From positions 9,685 through 73,684 of the forward strand of contig CAYNPH010000048.1 of NCBI GenBank assembly GCA_964399035.1: a stretch of DNA of 64,000 bases, read 5' to 3'. The position numbers were made by a program, and so were the translations under genes. Origin of the DNA: an uncultured Desulfurococcaceae archaeon. Its GTDB lineage: Archaea > Thermoproteota > Thermoprotei_A > Sulfolobales > NBVN01. Shown piece by piece: positions 60,172 through 64,000 of the stretch (its first letter is position 1; each line of letters begins with the position of its first letter). Under the pieces are notes generated by a model. That model saw only the letters and a list, made by a program, of their open reading frames with translations. It had not been told where the DNA came from and did no database searches.

Positions 60172-60771
60172 TTGACAGTCAGCAACACCTCAAGGTATTG
60201 TGAGGAGAAAATAGTTATTGCCGTTAGCGGCCCGCCAGGTTCCGGGAAATCGACTCTAGCTAAACTTCTAGCTAAGGAATTGCGATTAAGGTACGTTTCA
60301 TCGGGTGCCCTCTTCAGAAAGCTAGCTAAGGAAAGAGGCATGTCCTTACTGGAGTTCACAAAACTCGCTGAGAAGGACTACAGTATAGATAGGATGATCG
60401 ACAATGAAGCGAGAAAAGAAGCTATGAAGGGTTGCGTGGTGGTGGATGGACATATAGCAGGGTGGATCCTAAAGGACTTAGCCCATATTAAGGTGTACCT
60501 TTACGCCCCTAAGGAGGTTAGGGCATCTAGGATAGCCGCGCGAGACGGTAAAACTCTTGAGGACGCGTTGAGAGAGGTGGTGGAACGTGAGAGGTCAGAG
60601 TCTAAACGATTCAAGGAGATATACGGAATCGACGTTAGTGACTTAACGGTTTTCGATGTCTGCATAAATACAGCAACGTACGGCATAGAGGAAACGTTAC
60701 GCATAGCCCTCGAGGCCGTTAAGGAGGCTACAAGAAAAAAGCTTAAAGACCGAGCCCCTAAACAAGGGTAG
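60172..60771 (+). CDS. cmk: archaeal cytidylate kinase
   Basis: P-loop VSGPPGSGKST. It occupies the conserved slot between eL34 and eL14. A TTG start is assumed. Confidence 0.88.
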   Translation: MTVSNTSRYCEEKIVIAVSGPPGSGKSTLAKLLAKELRLRYVSSGALFRKLAKERGMSLLEFTKLAEKDYSIDRMIDNEARKEAMKGCVVVDGHIAGWILKDLAHIKVYLYAPKEVRASRIAARDGKTLEDALREVVERERSESKRFKEIYGIDVSDLTVFDVCINTATYGIEETLRIALEAVKEATRKKLKDRAPKQG

Positions 60772-60781
60772 GTGTTAAGGA

Positions 60782-61108
60782 ATGCCGGCAATCGAGGTAG
60801 GAAGGATCTGTGTTAAGGTATTGGGTCGCGAGGCAGGACGTAAGTGTGTTATCGTCGACATAATAGACGAGAATTTCGTGCTTATAACAGGACCTAAGTC
60901 CCTTACGGGCGTCAAGAGAAGGAGGGTGAACATTAATCATATAGAGCCGCTCGACAAGAAAGTGAACATAGAGAAAGGTGCTGACGACGAAGCTGTGCTT
61001 AACGCGATTAAGGAAGCTGGTCTCGAGGACTTCATGAGGCAGAAGGTTAAGATATCGCGCAGGGTGTTCCTGGAGACGAAGGCGCTTAAGCCGTCGGTGA
61101 GCGCGTAA
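60782..61108 (+). CDS. rpl14e: ribosomal protein eL14
   Basis: [38 protein letters not shown]-like pattern. Confidence 0.9.
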   Translation: MPAIEVGRICVKVLGREAGRKCVIVDIIDENFVLITGPKSLTGVKRRRVNINHIEPLDKKVNIEKGADDEAVLNAIKEAGLEDFMRQKVKISRRVFLETKALKPSVSA

Positions 61109-61189
61109 TTTTCTTTCTTCACTTCTTCTTAGCGGTTTTAGTAATTCCTTTTTAAACTAACACACGCTTCGAAGTAAGGGTATGGTTGC

Positions 61190-62272
61190 ATGTCGTCTGT
61201 AGGTGAGGAGTTAGTAGAGAGGGGTTTGGACTTCATAAGGAAGTTAGACGAGTATGCGGGACTAAGACGTAGGCTCGTGTTAGTGAAGCATGAGGTCACG
61301 ACGAACCCAGCTTACGGAAAAGTACCAAGCGAGAGAACGTTAAACGAGAAACTTAGGCTAGGCATTATAAACCTCGATAAACCCCCTGGACCAACAAGCC
61401 ATGAGGTCGTGGCGTGGATCAAGAAGATGCTGGGCCTAACGAAGGCCGGGCACGGCGGGACCCTAGTTCCCCGGTGAACGCCGGGGAAGGGACATCCCAA
61501 AGTGTCCGGCGTCCTGCCTGTGGCATTAGAGTCTGCATCGAAAATCATAGGCTACTTAATGCTCTCAACTAAGGAGTACGTAGCGGTGATGCAACTACAC
61601 GGACATGTAGGTGAGGAGCAGTTGAAGGAAGTTATCAAGAGCTTTGTTGGGCGCATATATCAGAAACCGCCCGTCAGGTCTTCAGTAAAGAGAGCCCTTA
61701 GAATAAAGGAAATCTACAATATAGAGATCCTGGAAATACAGTACCCGTTCGTACTTATGCGCATTGAATGTGAGCACGGAACGTACGTAAGGAAGTTAAT
61801 TCATGATATAGGGGACGTCTTAGGAGTTGGAGCGCATATGAGGGAGCTCAGGAGAACACGTACAGGTCCCTTCAAGGAGGACGAAACCTTAGTTACCATG
61901 CATGAGTTATCCGAGGCCGCCTACATGTGGAAACAGATGAATGACGACAAGCCTCTAAGCGACATAATCCTTCCCGTGGAATTCGGCGTTTCTCACATAC
62001 CTAAAGTGATAGTAATGGACGGTGCAGTATCTGCGATAACTCACGGTGCGGACCTAGCTGTTCCGGGAATAGCAATGCTTCACGAAGGAATTAAGCCAGG
62101 TGATTCCGTGGGGATATTCACTCTAAAAGGCGAGCTAGTGGCTACGGGCATAGCCAAGATGAGTACTGAGCAAATAATTCAGTCAACGAAGGGAATAGCC
62201 GTAAAAACAAAACGCGTTATAATGAGAAAAGACACATACCCGAGGTTATGGGGGCGTCGAAAGGGTCAGTAA
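61190..62272 (+). CDS. cbf5: H/ACA RNP pseudouridine synthase Cbf5, interrupted by a 27-nt intron: join(61190..61466,61494..62272), 351 aa
   Basis: The two ORFs (61190..61477 and 61502..62272) together span Cbf5. Removing 61467..61493 restores KAGHGGTLDPKVSGVLPVAL (TruB motif II). A C-terminal PUA domain is present. Confidence 0.9.
61467..61493 (+). other. bulge-helix-bulge (BHB) intron within the cbf5 mRNA
   Basis: Canonical hBHBh' fold. h GGGA/UCCC, H CCCU/AGGG, 3-nt bulges AGU and ACA, h' UCCCCGG/CCGGGGA with loop UGAACG. Both junctions fall after the 2nd bulge nucleotide. Confidence 0.85.
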
Positions 62273-62307
62273 GCTTAATTTATTCCTCAATAATTCCTAA
62301 AAATGGA

Positions 62308-62395
62308 GCCGGGGTGCCCGAGCGGCCCAAGGGGCCGGCCTTGAGAGCCGGTGGACGAGCCGTCCGCGCGGGTTCGAATCCCGCCCCCGGCGCCA
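62308..62395 (+). tRNA. tRNA-Ser (anticodon UGA), class II with long variable arm, genomically encoded CCA
   Basis: Acceptor GCCGGGG/CCCCGGC. Anticodon stem CCGGC/GCCGG with loop CUUGAGA. Variable arm GGACG-AGC-CGUCC. T arm GCGGG-UUCGAAU-CCCGC. Discriminator G followed by CCA. Confidence 0.93.
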
Positions 62396-62420
62396 CAACC
62401 TAAGTAATTGACTAGGAAAT

Positions 62421-63380
62421 TCATGACATCGTAAGTATTTCTTGCGCTAGGCGTTCTGCCCCATCGGGGTACGATGGAGGCTTGCGTGATTCGGATTTCT
62501 CGAGGGCCTTCAAGATGTTTTCGGGGGTTATGTCCTCAATGACTACAGCATTGATTTTCTTTGCAAGTATTCTGGCATCTTCCCATCCGGCGGTGAGTGT
62601 CCACTCGGGGTTAGGGACTATTATGACTGGCTTACCGTACGTTAGTGCCGCGTCTATAACGGTCTTCCCTAAATGGCTCACAACGATCCTCGCACCCGCG
62701 ATCCAGCGGCCGAAGTCCGGGTCGAACTGAAACACTTCCCAGTCTGGGTGTGCCTTCCTGTAAGGTTCGGGATTAACGCGGCCGGTCTGGAGGACTACGT
62801 TCTTTAGATCTAGCTTGGAGAAGGCGTCAAATAATATTTTGTGGCCGTATGTCCCGCCAGTGACTAATATGTAACCCTTATCTTCAGGTTCATACTCTGG
62901 GAGTTCATAGAAGGGACCATAAACCCTTCCCTTAGGGTGGATCTTAAGTTGCTCCTCCCACTGAAGCACGGTTACGTGGCTAAAGGGCCTTAACCACCTA
63001 GCGCTTAAGCTGGGCCTCGTGAATCTAACAGAGCTTTCAATGTTGTAGACTTTGAGCCCTTTCATCCAAGCTATTATTGCTGGTGGCACGCTATGATTAC
63101 TACCAGTACTGACAAGCACGTCATACGAACCCTTAATCTTCCTAAGACTCTCGATGAAAGCTCCGGGCATGCGTGCCAGCAGTTTTGCCGTGGAATCCCT
63201 GGGCCCGCGTGGTTTAGATACCTCGATAACCCTCCCGTACTTGGATACCTTACTTTCGGTCCATCGATCCCCTCTAGGAATTATGAACACTAACTCGGCG
63301 TGGCGATACAATCTCTGTGCAAGAGCCACAGCGTAACCAGTGTGCCCACCTCCACTAGCGGTTATTAGCACCCTGACCAT
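62421..63380 (-). CDS. MurG/Alg13-Alg14-like GT-B glycosyltransferase (Agl24-like)
   Basis: N-terminal VLITASGGGHTGYAVALA (GGxGGH-type motif) and C-terminal Glyco_tran_28_C-like half. Confidence 0.6.
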   Translation of the reverse strand: MVRVLITASGGGHTGYAVALAQRLYRHAELVFIIPRGDRWTESKVSKYGRVIEVSKPRGPRDSTAKLLARMPGAFIESLRKIKGSYDVLVSTGSNHSVPPAIIAWMKGLKVYNIESSVRFTRPSLSARWLRPFSHVTVLQWEEQLKIHPKGRVYGPFYELPEYEPEDKGYILVTGGTYGHKILFDAFSKLDLKNVVLQTGRVNPEPYRKAHPDWEVFQFDPDFGRWIAGARIVVSHLGKTVIDAALTYGKPVIIVPNPEWTLTAGWEDARILAKKINAVVIEDITPENILKALEKSESRKPPSYPDGAERLAQEILTMS

Positions 63381-63619
63381 TACTTAAGCCCAACGTAGAC
63401 TAACATAATTAAGATAATAACTTAATGTCTCATCTAGACACGCGCCATACCTGACTGGAGTAAAGCGTAGTGAATGCGCTAGGCTACCTAGATTCCGGTC
63501 ACATGCGATGGAATATAAGATAATGCAAGAGAAATTCCGGTAGTTATTAAGGATTTCTGAGGTAACTTTTTGACTGAAGGTGAGGAGTAAGTAAGAGGCA
63601 GAGGAGGTGATTAGGCAAA

Positions 63620-64000
63620 ATGTTCGTAAGAGTAAATCATGCGAGGATGTTAAGGAAACTAAAAGAAGAGAAAAACGCAAGTAAGTTATCAACGTCAAAC
63701 ATCATTGCTAGAAGAGAATTCTCCAGGGTAGTGATGGAATTACACGTAATGGGTCTAGCGAAAATAAGCGGGGATGACATCGTAATAACATCTGCTGGTG
63801 AACACATAGTAAAGGCATTCGAAGCAATCAACGTGCCAGAGGATAAAATACCGGATCCCTGGATAAACTCGGCGGTGATCTACGCCCTTGAGCTTGCTGA
63901 GCTAACCGGGTATGTGCCTAAGCTGTGGGAAGACATGCTTGAAGCTAGAGGATTATGGAGTAACGGACTAACCAAAGCAGCTACTGAGGTACTAGAGGCT
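63620..64000 (+). CDS. hypothetical protein, 3'-partial (runs off the window)
   Basis: ATG 63620 is preceded by GAGGAGGTGA at 63601-10. The frame is open to the window end (MFVRVNHARMLRKLKEEKN...), so it is not listed in the ORF track. Confidence 0.5.
   Translation, partial: MFVRVNHARMLRKLKEEKNASKLSTSNIIARREFSRVVMELHVMGLAKISGDDIVITSAGEHIVKAFEAINVPEDKIPDPWINSAVIYALELAELTGYVPKLWEDMLEARGLWSNGLTKAATEVLEA

Noticed and set aside
61190-62272. cbf5 read as a frameshifted pseudogene or as two separate genes.
   Set aside because: Both fragments are in the same frame. The 27-nt insert is flanked by a perfect BHB fold, and its removal restores the catalytic GTLDP motif. An intron is the better explanation.
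63492-63540. The direct repeat ATTCCGGT occurring twice 41 nt apart upstream of the gene at 63620.
   Set aside because: Two 8-mers in an intergenic region could arise by chance, and no supporting palindrome or third copy is present.
63384-63698. The 104-aa minus-strand ORF.
   Set aside because: It has a low-complexity Leu/Ser-rich translation. It covers an AT-rich promoter region and is antisense to the SD and start of the plus-strand gene at 63620.
1-64000. A search for CRISPR arrays, IS elements or transposases, integrases, toxin-antitoxin pairs and large repeats.
   Set aside because: I saw no repeat-spacer periodicity, no transposase- or integrase-like ORFs and no long direct or inverted repeats by eye. 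An exhaustive repeat search would require computation.

Overview
This window is a compact, gene-dense core-genome segment of a hyperthermophilic crenarchaeon (Thermoprotei type). The assignment rests on reverse gyrase, a thermosome, two Alba paralogs, a complete cdvA-cdvB-cdvC division cluster, and an archaeal r-protein/SecY/Adk supercluster. About 80 CDS are supportable, most of them information-processing or central-metabolism genes. I found no CRISPR array, transposase, integrase or obvious defence island, and no clear new multi-gene system. The most interesting content concerns RNA processing. (1) cbf5 is interrupted by a 27-nt intron with a canonical bulge-helix-bulge fold that splits the catalytic Asp codon. 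The RtcB ligase gene lies 13 kb upstream. (2) Three to five unannotated C/D box sRNA candidates sit in short intergenic gaps. (3) One protein is a tandem Sm/Hfq-like duplication. (4) A TtuA/NcsA-like PP-loop paralog has lost its SGGKDS motif. (5) The L3-L4-L23-L2 block is inverted relative to S19-L22-S3, with SPOUT and RtcB genes inserted. uS14 (54 aa) and a 38-aa Lys-rich ORF fall below the ORF-track length cut-off. All functional calls come from motif recognition by eye and gene order. No database search was run.
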